From Candidatus Nealsonbacteria bacterium (GTDB taxonomy: Bacteria > Patescibacteriota > Minisyncoccia > Minisyncoccales > JAGGXC01): 64,000 bases of DNA. The notes beneath the pieces were generated by a model. The model had not been told where the DNA came from. It was given only the letters and a program-made list of their open reading frames with translations, and did not search any database. This document shows, in pieces, positions 36,662 through 46,182 of the stretch (its first letter is position 1; every line of letters begins with the position of its first letter). The position numbers and the translations under genes were made by a program. The DNA lies in assembly GCA_026396195.1 (NCBI GenBank), contig JAPLXH010000006.1:77784-141783 (forward strand), read 5' to 3'.

Positions 36662-38589
36662 GTCAAAATTCATTTCTCAAAAATTTTAAATTTTCTTGGT
36701 TTGGTTTTTCTCAATGGAAAAAGCTTTATAGCTTGCTTTCCAAAACCGAAAAGAACATTGTTTTTTTATTTTCAATTTTAGCTTTGGGTTCTTTTGTTTT
36801 TTTAAGCGCAAATTTTTATCTCAAAAACACTGAAATTAAACCGGCCGTCAACGGCTCTTTTGTCGAAGGAATAGTGGGCCAGCCGAGTTTCATCAACCCC
36901 TTGTATTCGGAGGCTTCTGATGTTGACCGAGATTTGACGGAAATATTGTTTTCCGGGCTGATGAAATATGATAAAGATGGAAAAATCGGAAAAGACTTGG
37001 CTGACAACGTAAAAATAAAAGAAGGGGGAAAAATTTATGAATTTTCAATAAAAAACGATGTTCTTTGGTCTGACGGCAAAAAATTAACGGTTGACGATAT
37101 AATATTCACGATTCAAGCCATCCAAAGCTCCGACTATAAAAGCCCGTTAAGGGCGGAATGGCTGGGAATAGAAATAGAAAGAATCTCCGATTATGAAATC
37201 AGATTCATTCTAAAAAAACCTTCTTTTGTTTTTTTAGAAAACACCACTTTAAAAATAATCCCGAAACACATTTGGGAAAAAATACCGATTGCCAACGTCT
37301 ATTCAAGCCCATATAATTTAGAGCCTATAGGTTCGGGACCTTATAAATTTAAAAGCTCGGAAAAAGATAAGTCAGGTTCGATAATTAATTTTATCGTGGA
37401 AAGAAACCCTGATTATTACGAAAAAGGACCCTTTGTCTCTGAAATTAATTTTAAGTTTTTTAAGACAGAAGAAGAATTAATGACAGCCGTAGAAAAAGGA
37501 GAAATCACCGGATTTTCAATAATTAGTCCTGAAAACTATCAAGATTTTTACGTTAAATATTTTAACGTAAACAAGATTGTTCTGCCCAGATACTTTGCCG
37601 CATTTTTTAATATAGCCAAATCAAAAATTTTGGAAGATAAAGAAGTAAGAAAAGCTTTAAACTTAGGAACCGATAAAGAAGAAATATTAAAAGAAACTTT
37701 GGCGGGCAACGGAAAAATAATTGACTCTCCTTTAATGCCTGAAATTTACGGCTTCTCCGCGCCTTCCAAGATTTACGAATTTAATATAGAAAAAGCCAAG
37801 GAAACGTTGGAAAAAGCCGGTTTTAAAGACGAAAACAATGACGGCTTCAGGGAAAAAACCATAGAAAAAATTCCGGCTTTCAGGTTCAGTTCGGTTTTAA
37901 ACACGGGGAGCCAGGGATTGGAAGTCCAAGAACTGCAAAAATGTCTGGCTAAATACGCCGAAGAAGTGTTGAAACCGTCGGGATTAACTTCGGGAACCGG
38001 CAAGGTTGGAAAAGCAACGATGGACAAGCTAAATCAAGTGTGTTTTCCATCCCCTAAAGAAACCTTAAGCTTAGGGTTTACCTTAGTAACGGTTGACCAG
38101 CCCCAATTAGTCAAGGTTGCAAATCTTTTAAAAAACCAGTGGGAAAAAATAGGGGTCAAGCTGGAAATTAAAACCACTGACATCGCCACCTTAGAAAGAG
38201 ATTATATTAAAACCAGGGATTATGAAATTTTATTATTCGGAGAGGTTTTAGGTTCAATTCCCGATCCCTTTCCTTTCTGGCATTCTTCTCAAAAAAAAGA
38301 CCCAGGGTTGAACTTGTCCAGCTACGAAAATAAAAAAGCCGATGAATTTTTAGAGAAAGGCCGGGAAAGCACCAGCTCCGAAGAACAAAAGAAAAATTAC
38401 GAACAGTTTCAAGACGTTCTGATAGAAGATGCTCCCGCTATTTTTATTTATACTCCCGATTATTTTTACTTAATAAAAAAAGATACGATTCAAGGGATGG
38501 AAACAAAAGTCATCACCGATCCGTCCCAAAGATTCTCAGGAATTGAAAATTGGTATATCAGCACCAAAAGAACTTGGAAATCTCAATAA
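36658..38589 (+). CDS. family-5 (peptide/nickel-type) ABC substrate-binding protein homolog, membrane-anchored, no cognate permease nearby
   Basis: The start is reassigned to MSQNSFLK (ATGA overlap with the secG stop). It has an N-terminal TM helix and an SBP_bac_5-like body (DGKIGKDLADNVKI...WSDGKKLTVDDIIFT). Confidence 0.75.
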   Translation: MSQNSFLKNFKFSWFGFSQWKKLYSLLSKTEKNIVFLFSILALGSFVFLSANFYLKNTEIKPAVNGSFVEGIVGQPSFINPLYSEASDVDRDLTEILFSGLMKYDKDGKIGKDLADNVKIKEGGKIYEFSIKNDVLWSDGKKLTVDDIIFTIQAIQSSDYKSPLRAEWLGIEIERISDYEIRFILKKPSFVFLENTTLKIIPKHIWEKIPIANVYSSPYNLEPIGSGPYKFKSSEKDKSGSIINFIVERNPDYYEKGPFVSEINFKFFKTEEELMTAVEKGEITGFSIISPENYQDFYVKYFNVNKIVLPRYFAAFFNIAKSKILEDKEVRKALNLGTDKEEILKETLAGNGKIIDSPLMPEIYGFSAPSKIYEFNIEKAKETLEKAGFKDENNDGFREKTIEKIPAFRFSSVLNTGSQGLEVQELQKCLAKYAEEVLKPSGLTSGTGKVGKATMDKLNQVCFPSPKETLSLGFTLVTVDQPQLVKVANLLKNQWEKIGVKLEIKTTDIATLERDYIKTRDYEILLFGEVLGSIPDPFPFWHSSQKKDPGLNLSSYENKKADEFLEKGRESTSSEEQKKNYEQFQDVLIEDAPAIFIYTPDYFYLIKKDTIQGMETKVITDPSQRFSGIENWYISTKRTWKSQ

Positions 38590-38595
38590 ATCAAA

Positions 38596-38679
38596 GCCCT
38601 CGTGGTGAAATTGGCAGACACCTTGGTTTCAGGAACCAAGGACCGCAAGGTCGTACTGGTTCAAATCCAGTCGAGGGCA
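38596..38679 (+). tRNA. tRNA-Leu(CAG), class II
   Basis: GCCCTCG acceptor, anticodon stem TTGGT/ACCAA, loop TTCAGGA, long variable arm, T-arm ACTGG-TTCAAAT-CCAGT, discriminator A. Confidence 0.9.
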
Positions 38680-38742
38680 CTGTAAAAAACTTAAAAAATC
38701 TGAAATCTCTTTAATTTTGAGATATAAGATTGCTTTATTTTT

Positions 38743-40428
38743 ATGACAACTAATTTAAAGAAAAAAGATTCAAATTTAAGAATTATCCCTTTGGGCGGTT
38801 TGGGAGAAGTCGGCCGGAACATGATGGTTCTTGAATACAAAGATGAAATATTAATTATCGATATGGGATTTAGAATGCCCGAGGAAAACATGCCCGGCAT
38901 TGATTATATTATTCCCAATGTTTCTTATTTGCAGGGAAAACAAAAAAATATTTTGGGAGTAGTTTTTACTCACGGACATTACGACCACATCGGAGCTGTC
39001 CCTTATTTAATAGAAAAATTAGGGAATCCCCCGCTTTTCGCTTCGGGATTAGCTAAAGGCATTATTCTGAAAAGACAGGAAGATTTTCCTCGCTCTCGAT
39101 TAAATATAACTCAAGTTAAAAACGGTTCAAAAATCAAACTGGGCCAATTTAAAATTGAATTTTTCCGGCAGAACCACAATATTGCCGATAATTTGGGAAT
39201 TTTAATCGAAACCCCGATCGGCAATATCATTGACACTTCAGATTTTAAATTTGACAAAGAACCGGTTAATGATTTACCGACTGACTTTGAAAATTTAAAA
39301 AGAATCGGTGAGAAGGGAATCTTGCTTTTAATGTCCGATTCTACCGGAGCCGAGGAACCGGGACATTCTCTTTCGGAAAAGCAAATTTTTGAAAATCTTG
39401 AAGACATCTTTAAAAAAGCCCGCGGCCGGATTATCGCCGGCACCTTTGGTTCTTTGATTAATCGAATCCAACAGGTAATATCTTTATCGGAAAAATACGG
39501 AAGATTTGTCGCGGTTGACGGCTATACAATGAGAAATAACGTGGAGCTTTGCAAAAACTTAGGTTACATCAAAACAAAAAAAGGAACCTTAATCAAACCG
39601 GAAAAAATCCGCAATTATCTCGACTCCAGGGTAACCCTGCTTTGCACGGGAGCCCAAGGTGAGGAATCGGCGGTTCTGATGCGGATTGCCAATCAAGAAT
39701 ACAGGCCCCTGAAACTGAAGAAAGAAGATACAGTAATTTTTTCCTCTTCTGTCGTTCCGGGAAATGAAAGAACGGTTCAGTATATGAAAGATAACATCAT
39801 AAGACAAAAAGCCAAGGTTTTCCATTATAAAATGATGGATATCCACGCCGGAGGCCATGCCCAGCAAGAAGAATTGGAAATAATGATAAAAATTTTAAAA
39901 CCGAGATTTTTTCTGCCGATTCACGGCCAATATTCAATGCTGGCTGCTCATGCCGAATTGGCCAAAGAATCGGGCATTCCCGAAAAAAATATAGTTGTGG
40001 CTGAAAACGGACAAATTATTAACTTAAAACAAAATCAAATTTTTATTGAGAAAAAAGAAGTGCCTTCAAACTACGTAATGGTTGACGGATTGGGAGTGGG
40101 AGACGTGGGAGAAATTGTCTTGAGCGACCGCCAAACTTTAGCTAGTGGCGGAATGTTCGTAGTCATTGCGGTCGTTGACAGAAAAACCGGCAAAATTATC
40201 GGCTCACCGGATATCATTTCCAGAGGTTTTGTTTACTTGAGAGAATCAAAGGACTTGTTAAAAGAAACCCGAAAAAAAGTGGTGGAAATCGTAAACCGGG
40301 CAGCTTTTTCCGGAGGAGCTATAAACTGGATTAACATAAAAGAGGAGATAAAAAATAAAGTCGGGTCCTTCCTTTTCCAAAAAACTAAGAGAAGACCCAT
40401 GGTATTGCCCGTAGTAATAGAAGTTTAG
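38743..40428 (+). CDS. rnj: ribonuclease J
   Basis: Metallo-beta-lactamase motif THGHYDHIG, a beta-CASP domain and an RNase J C-terminal domain; 561 aa. Confidence 0.9.
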   Translation: MTTNLKKKDSNLRIIPLGGLGEVGRNMMVLEYKDEILIIDMGFRMPEENMPGIDYIIPNVSYLQGKQKNILGVVFTHGHYDHIGAVPYLIEKLGNPPLFASGLAKGIILKRQEDFPRSRLNITQVKNGSKIKLGQFKIEFFRQNHNIADNLGILIETPIGNIIDTSDFKFDKEPVNDLPTDFENLKRIGEKGILLLMSDSTGAEEPGHSLSEKQIFENLEDIFKKARGRIIAGTFGSLINRIQQVISLSEKYGRFVAVDGYTMRNNVELCKNLGYIKTKKGTLIKPEKIRNYLDSRVTLLCTGAQGEESAVLMRIANQEYRPLKLKKEDTVIFSSSVVPGNERTVQYMKDNIIRQKAKVFHYKMMDIHAGGHAQQEELEIMIKILKPRFFLPIHGQYSMLAAHAELAKESGIPEKNIVVAENGQIINLKQNQIFIEKKEVPSNYVMVDGLGVGDVGEIVLSDRQTLASGGMFVVIAVVDRKTGKIIGSPDIISRGFVYLRESKDLLKETRKKVVEIVNRAAFSGGAINWINIKEEIKNKVGSFLFQKTKRRPMVLPVVIEV

Positions 40429-40448
40429 ATATTGTAAAATAAAAAAAT

Positions 40449-41429
40449 ATGAGGATTGTAACCGGCATTCGGCCTTTAGGCAAATTTCATATAGGAAATT
40501 ATTTGAATACCGTGAAACAATATAAAGAACTTCAGGAAAAAAATGAATGTATTTTTTTTATTGCCGATTTGCACGGCCTCACTACCCCATTTGATTCAAA
40601 AACATATTCAAGGGAAGTTTTTGATAAGGCCATTGAAATTCTAGCGTCCGGCTTAAATCCCGAAAAATGCATCATTTACCTCCAGTCAACGATAAAGGAG
40701 GTGACGGAATTGGCTTGGATATTGAGCACGGTAACTCCTTTGGGAGATTTGCAAAGAATGACTCAATTTAAAGAAAAATCAAAAAAACACATTCAAAATA
40801 TAAACGCCGGACTTTTGAACTATCCCATCTTGATGGCGGCTGATATTTTGATTTATCAGGCTGATTTGGTGCCAGTTGGAAAAGACCAGGAACAGCATGT
40901 GGAATTGGCCAGAACCATTGCCAGAAGGTTCAATAAAACCTTCGGCCAAATCTTCAAAGAACCTGAAGCCCTAATTTTAAAATCCTCGGCTAAAATCATG
41001 TCCTTACAGGAACCCGGGAAGAAAATGTCAAAAAGCGACGGGCCTCAAACCCAAATTAATATTTTTGACGAACCTGAAATTTTAAAGAAAAAAATAATGT
41101 CGGCAGTAACAGACACCGGTAAAACAATCAAATACTCACCCGATGCTAAACCCGGCATCTCCAATCTTTTAACCATCTATTCATTGGTTAGTGAAAAATC
41201 AATAAAAGAAACAGAGAATAAATTCAAAAAGAAAGGCTATGCTGATTTTAAAAAATCGCTGGCCGAACTTTTAATTGAAAAATGGGAACCTATGCGCCGA
41301 AAAAGAAAAGAACTTCTAGCCAGAGAAGATTATATGAAAGAGATTTTAGACCAAGGAGCGAAAAAAGCTCGAGTTTTAACCCAATCAACGATTGAAGAAG
41401 TAAGAAAAAAAACCGGATTAGTTCAATAA
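40449..41429 (+). CDS. trpS: tryptophan--tRNA ligase
   Basis: HIGN (HIGH-type) motif, KMSKS, and the class Ic size of 326 aa. Confidence 0.9.
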   Translation: MRIVTGIRPLGKFHIGNYLNTVKQYKELQEKNECIFFIADLHGLTTPFDSKTYSREVFDKAIEILASGLNPEKCIIYLQSTIKEVTELAWILSTVTPLGDLQRMTQFKEKSKKHIQNINAGLLNYPILMAADILIYQADLVPVGKDQEQHVELARTIARRFNKTFGQIFKEPEALILKSSAKIMSLQEPGKKMSKSDGPQTQINIFDEPEILKKKIMSAVTDTGKTIKYSPDAKPGISNLLTIYSLVSEKSIKETENKFKKKGYADFKKSLAELLIEKWEPMRRKRKELLAREDYMKEILDQGAKKARVLTQSTIEEVRKKTGLVQ

Positions 41430-42842
41430 ATTAACCCCGCTGTCATTTAAATATTTGCAGCCCTCACTTTCTAAGAGATTAAAAACCTCTTTTTGTTTTT
41501 CTGAAAGAAGCTTGTTATTGATTGCCTCTGCTGTAAAACGCAGAACCGGATCGTTGGCTGAGGGACGTAAATTAAAATTCCATTCCGGGTAAGAAATCGT
41601 TAAAGTATCGAAATCAGAAATTTTAGCTGAAAAATATTTTTCTCTAATCTTATCTAAAACTTTACCCATTGCCTTCAAAACTTCTGGAGTTAAATCATCT
41701 ATCTCGGAAAAACCGGGTAAAACAAAATTATATTCCCCGCTGACGGGATAATTTTTACGACCGTCACTAGTTAACTCTCCCAAGGTTTTATTGCTTTCTG
41801 AAATTATCTGAAGCATTTGTAAAAAAGCAATTAAGCTATTTTCTGCCATATAATCTCCGAAATTATAATAAACATGGCCTGAAGATTCAGCTCCGAAAAT
41901 AGCATTTTCTTTTTTCATTCGGCTTTTAAAAAAACTGTGCCCGACTAGTTCAATTTGGGGAATTCCCCCGGCCTCAATAATTTTTTTTCTGATATATCTT
42001 GTGGCCCGAACATCATGTAAAACAACTCTTTTTTCATTATTTTTGCATATTTTTTCAGCGATTAGGCCGTTTATATAGGCTCCGAAAATAAATTCGCCAT
42101 TTTCATCGATAAAATATATTCTATCAGCATCGCCGTCGAAAGCTACGCCCAAATCTGCTTTAACTTCTTTCACCTTATCGACTAATTGCTCTCTGTTCTC
42201 TTTTAAAAAAGGGTTGGGAGCGTGCCCCGGATAATGACCGTCCAACTTCCAGTTAATCTTAATAAAATTTATTTGAGGAATATTTTTTTCGAGATGGTCA
42301 ATTTCTAAAATACCCACTGCGTTTGAAGCGTCAACCACTACTTTTAGCGGTTTGATTTTTTTAACGTCAACAAAAGACAAAACTTGAGAAATGAAATCTT
42401 TCCAAACATTTTTTTGTTCTAATTTTCCTTTTTTTGAAGATTTTAATTCTTTATAACGCAAGAAATCCTCTTTAAGTTTCTCCATGCCTAAACCCTTACC
42501 AAAAGGACTGGCTCCAGGTCCCACAATTTTAATACCGCTTAAGTGACCGGCCGAATGCGATGCTGTGACTTCCAAGCCTATATCAAACTTAAAGTTGCCG
42601 GCGGTAAAATAAACAACATCCGTACCGGCGATACCGATATCCGTAACCTTGACGCCCTGGTCAAGAGCGCCTTTTACCAAGGCCTTATAAATATTAGGGG
42701 TAGCCAAACTGATATCTCGGCCAATGACTAAGTTTTTTGCATTAAAAGTACGAACTAAAATTCTGACTATTTTATAAACAATATCATCGTTGATATCTTT
42801 GGGATATTCCCCCCTGATATCATAAGTTCTAAAAATTTCCAT
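41418..42842 (-). CDS. phosphohexomutase (phosphomannomutase/phosphoglucomutase family)
   Basis: Active-site loop TASHSAG and Mg site FDGDADR; 474 aa. Confidence 0.85.
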   Translation of the reverse strand: MEIFRTYDIRGEYPKDINDDIVYKIVRILVRTFNAKNLVIGRDISLATPNIYKALVKGALDQGVKVTDIGIAGTDVVYFTAGNFKFDIGLEVTASHSAGHLSGIKIVGPGASPFGKGLGMEKLKEDFLRYKELKSSKKGKLEQKNVWKDFISQVLSFVDVKKIKPLKVVVDASNAVGILEIDHLEKNIPQINFIKINWKLDGHYPGHAPNPFLKENREQLVDKVKEVKADLGVAFDGDADRIYFIDENGEFIFGAYINGLIAEKICKNNEKRVVLHDVRATRYIRKKIIEAGGIPQIELVGHSFFKSRMKKENAIFGAESSGHVYYNFGDYMAENSLIAFLQMLQIISESNKTLGELTSDGRKNYPVSGEYNFVLPGFSEIDDLTPEVLKAMGKVLDKIREKYFSAKISDFDTLTISYPEWNFNLRPSANDPVLRFTAEAINNKLLSEKQKEVFNLLESEGCKYLNDSGVNLLN

Positions 42843-42852
42843 AATTCATTTA

Positions 42853-43638
42853 TTATATTAATAATTTTAATAATTTATCATGTACCTTATCGTTTGAAGC
42901 TATCAAATGAATAGTCTTTTTTATAAACTTATTTCCATTTATATTTGTAACTTTTCCTCCGGCTTCTTTTACTATGATGGCTCCCGCTGCAATATCCCAT
43001 AATTTAGCACCGTCGTTTAATGCTATATAAGACTCAAATCCTCCCGAAGCAACATAACAAAGCCCCAAAGGACCGCTTCCCCAAGCCCTAACTCGATAGG
43101 TTTTTTTAAATAATTTTTCTAATTTTTTATGATTTCTACTAAAAGCTTTTTTTGATAATTTATAATTTGGCAGTTCGGTATAAATAAAAGAATTTGCGAG
43201 ATTTTTTATTCGGGAAACATGAATTTTTTTATCGTTAAGAAAAGCCCCTTTACCCTTTTCAGCATAAAAAAGATTGTTCATTGCCGGAAAAAAAACTACC
43301 CCAACAATTATCTCTTCTTTTTTTTGGAGGGCAATGGATACACAAAATATAGGAATTTTTCTTATATAATGCTTTGTCCCGTCAAGAGGATCAATAATCC
43401 AAGTATATTCTGATTTTAAATTCTCTTCTCCTTTTTCTTCAGATATAATATTATGGTCCGGAAAATTTGATTTAATCTTATTAATTATTATTTTTTCAGC
43501 CCTTAGGTCCGCATCGGTAAGAACGTCTTGTCTGTCTTTGTATTTAATGACCGTAGCTTTGTTAAAATTTTTCATTAACATTTTTCCGGCTTCTTTTGCT
43601 GCTTCTATGGCAATTTTCTTAAAATTATTGATTTTCAT
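42853..43638 (-). CDS. inositol monophosphatase family protein
   Basis: WIIDPLDGT and WDIAAG motifs. Confidence 0.85.
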   Translation of the reverse strand: MKINNFKKIAIEAAKEAGKMLMKNFNKATVIKYKDRQDVLTDADLRAEKIIINKIKSNFPDHNIISEEKGEENLKSEYTWIIDPLDGTKHYIRKIPIFCVSIALQKKEEIIVGVVFFPAMNNLFYAEKGKGAFLNDKKIHVSRIKNLANSFIYTELPNYKLSKKAFSRNHKKLEKLFKKTYRVRAWGSGPLGLCYVASGGFESYIALNDGAKLWDIAAGAIIVKEAGGKVTNINGNKFIKKTIHLIASNDKVHDKLLKLLI

Positions 43639-43687
43639 ATGTTTTTATTATATCATAATCTCATAAGTTTTTCATCGGTTTTTTCGC

Positions 43688-43716
43688 TTGATTATTCAAA
43701 GAAAAGCTGTTATAAT
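43688..43716 (+). promoter_or_regulatory. sigma70-type promoter for rpsF-ssb-rpsR (TTGATT-17-TGtTATAAT)
   Basis: TTGATT at 43688-43693, a 17-nt spacer ending in TGT (extended -10), and TATAAT at 43711-43716, 45 nt upstream of the rpsF ATG. Confidence 0.55.
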
Positions 43717-43761
43717 GCCCTTGATTCGATAATCTTAAAATAATAGAATTTAAATTGTCTT

Positions 43762-44181
43762 ATGAAATATTACGAATTAACTTATTTAGCTTCTCCGGAA
43801 CTTTCCGAAGTAGAGGTTAAAGAACTTCAGCAAAAGATCAACGTTTCCGTTCAAAATAAGGGAGGAATTTTAGATTTTTCTTCGGAGCCCTTCAGGATTA
43901 ACTTAAAATACCCGATAAAGAAAAATAACGAGGCTTATTTGATTACTTTAATTTTTAGCTTAAAACAGGAAGATATTCAGCAGTTGGACAAAGAAATAAA
44001 AACAGAGGAAAAAATTATTCGATTTTTATTATTCTCAAAAATAAAAGCAAAAGAACCTGAAATTGAAATTAAAGAAACGCCAATGGAAAAAGGTATTGTT
44101 GAACCTAGTGTAACCAAAAAAACGGAAAAAAAGGTCGAGTTAAAGGATATTGAAAAAAAATTAGAAGAAATTTTAGAATAA
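43762..44181 (+). CDS. rpsF: 30S ribosomal protein S6 with C-terminal extension
   Basis: MKYYELTYLASPELSE... and its position at the head of the S6-SSB-S18 operon. Confidence 0.85.
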   Translation: MKYYELTYLASPELSEVEVKELQQKINVSVQNKGGILDFSSEPFRINLKYPIKKNNEAYLITLIFSLKQEDIQQLDKEIKTEEKIIRFLLFSKIKAKEPEIEIKETPMEKGIVEPSVTKKTEKKVELKDIEKKLEEILE

Positions 44182-44697
<516 letters not shown>

Positions 44698-44719
44698 ACA
44701 ATAAAAAACTTAAAAAACC

Positions 44720-44926
44720 ATGAAGACGAATTGTTATTTCTGCCAAAGAAACATCAGAGAAATTGATTTTAAAAATGTAAAATTACTGGAAAGATTTATT
44801 TCCAGCTGGGGTAAAATTAAGTCTAAAAAAAGGACGTGGCTTTGTTCAACCCATCAAAGAAAATTAGCTAAAGTTATAAAAAGAGCAAGATTTTTAGGTT
44901 TGCTGTCTTTCACCAGCAAGTATTAA
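44720..44926 (+). CDS. rpsR: 30S ribosomal protein S18
   Basis: CYFCQRNIREIDFKNVKLLERFIS...RKLAKVIKRARFLGLL. Confidence 0.9.
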   Translation: MKTNCYFCQRNIREIDFKNVKLLERFISSWGKIKSKKRTWLCSTHQRKLAKVIKRARFLGLLSFTSKY

Positions 44927-44996
44927 TAAACTTAGACATATCATCAAAAACAAAAAAACTGCCCTTGATGAACAGCTTTTTTGTTTTTTAATAAGA

Positions 44997-46001
44997 TTAG
45001 GAATTGCTATAACTTTTTAAAATGTCTTTTTTTATTTCTTTTGCCAAGTCAATATTTTCCTTCAAAAAATCCTTGGCTCCTTCCACGCCTACTCCTATTT
45101 TTTTATCTTGATATTGAAAAGAGTTTCCCACTCTTTTTATAATTTCTTTTTTTAAAGCTAAATTCAAAATATCGGAAGATTTGGAAATGCCTTCGTTGTA
45201 ATAAATATCAAATTCAGCGATTTTAAATGGAGCGGCTACCTTGTTTTTTACTATCTTGGCTTTGTGCCGGCCGCCGACAACTTCGTCTCCTTTTTTAATC
45301 TGAGCTATTCTTCTCAGATTAATTCTTACAGAAGCGTAAAACTTTAAAGCCAACCCTCCGGGAGTGGTTTCGGGGTCTCCGAAAACAACGCCGATTTTCA
45401 TTCGAGTTTGATTTAAAAATATAATTACGGTATTAGTTTTAGCGACAATGCCGGATAACTTTCTTAAAGCCTGGCTCATTAATCTAGCCTGAAGCCCTAT
45501 TTTAAACTCACCCATTTCGCCGGCTATTTCTGCTTTAGGAGTTAAATCCGCTACTGAATCCACCACTACCGCATCAATCGCTTCCGACCTGACCAGGGTT
45601 TCTAAAATTTGAAGCGCCTGTTCGCCGGAATCAGGCTGGGATATTAAAAGCTCGTCCACATTTACTCCGATTTTACGGGCATAATCCGGGTCTAAGGCAT
45701 GTTCAGCGTCAATAAAAGCGGCTTGGCCTCCTTTTTTTTGAGCTTCAGACAAAATATGAAGAGCTAAAGTGGTTTTCCCGCCGGCTTCCGGACCAAAAAT
45801 TTCAATAACCCGGCCCCTGGGAATTCCTCCCACGCCTAAGGCTAAATCTAAAGAAAGAGAACCCGTCGGAATGACATCAATGTCAGCGGCTTTTACTTCT
45901 TTCAAGCGCATGATAGCGCCTTCCCCGAATTTTTGGGTTATTTCATCCAAGGTTTCTTGGATGTCTTTTTTCTCTATTTTTGAGACCGGTTTTTTTGTCA
46001 T
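44997..46001 (-). CDS. recA: recombinase RecA
   Basis: Walker [10 protein letters not shown], and [10 protein letters not shown]; 334 aa. Confidence 0.95.
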   Translation of the reverse strand: MTKKPVSKIEKKDIQETLDEITQKFGEGAIMRLKEVKAADIDVIPTGSLSLDLALGVGGIPRGRVIEIFGPEAGGKTTLALHILSEAQKKGGQAAFIDAEHALDPDYARKIGVNVDELLISQPDSGEQALQILETLVRSEAIDAVVVDSVADLTPKAEIAGEMGEFKIGLQARLMSQALRKLSGIVAKTNTVIIFLNQTRMKIGVVFGDPETTPGGLALKFYASVRINLRRIAQIKKGDEVVGGRHKAKIVKNKVAAPFKIAEFDIYYNEGISKSSDILNLALKKEIIKRVGNSFQYQDKKIGVGVEGAKDFLKENIDLAKEIKKDILKSYSNS

Positions 46002-46038
46002 ATATTATAAAAATTAATTTAAAATTATTTTATATTTT

Positions 46039-46175
46039 CTTGCCCTAAAACTATGGGCGTAAGCCCGTAGATACAGGGCAAGCCCGGAGCGAAGCGGAGG
46101 GAAATACATAAATCCTAAAATTTTGCTTCGCAAAATTTTGAATGGTACGTAAGTACCATAGACGTAAGCCCATGG
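46039..46175 (+). ncRNA. candidate structured RNA / regulatory element in the ftsK-recA spacer (strand assignment tentative)
   Basis: A nested hairpin is formed by CTTGCCCT (46039-46046) pairing with AGGGCAAG (46075-46082), enclosing CTATGGGC-GTAA-GCCCGTAG (46051-46070). A palindrome AAAATTTTGCTTCGCAAAATTTT lies at 46117-46139. A third hairpin ATGGTAC-GTAA-GTACCAT lies at 46142-46159. A third CGTAAGCCC copy (46163-46171) can re-pair with 46051-46058. GNRA loops appear only when the plus strand is read. Confidence 0.25.
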
Positions 46176-46182
46176 ATTTCTA

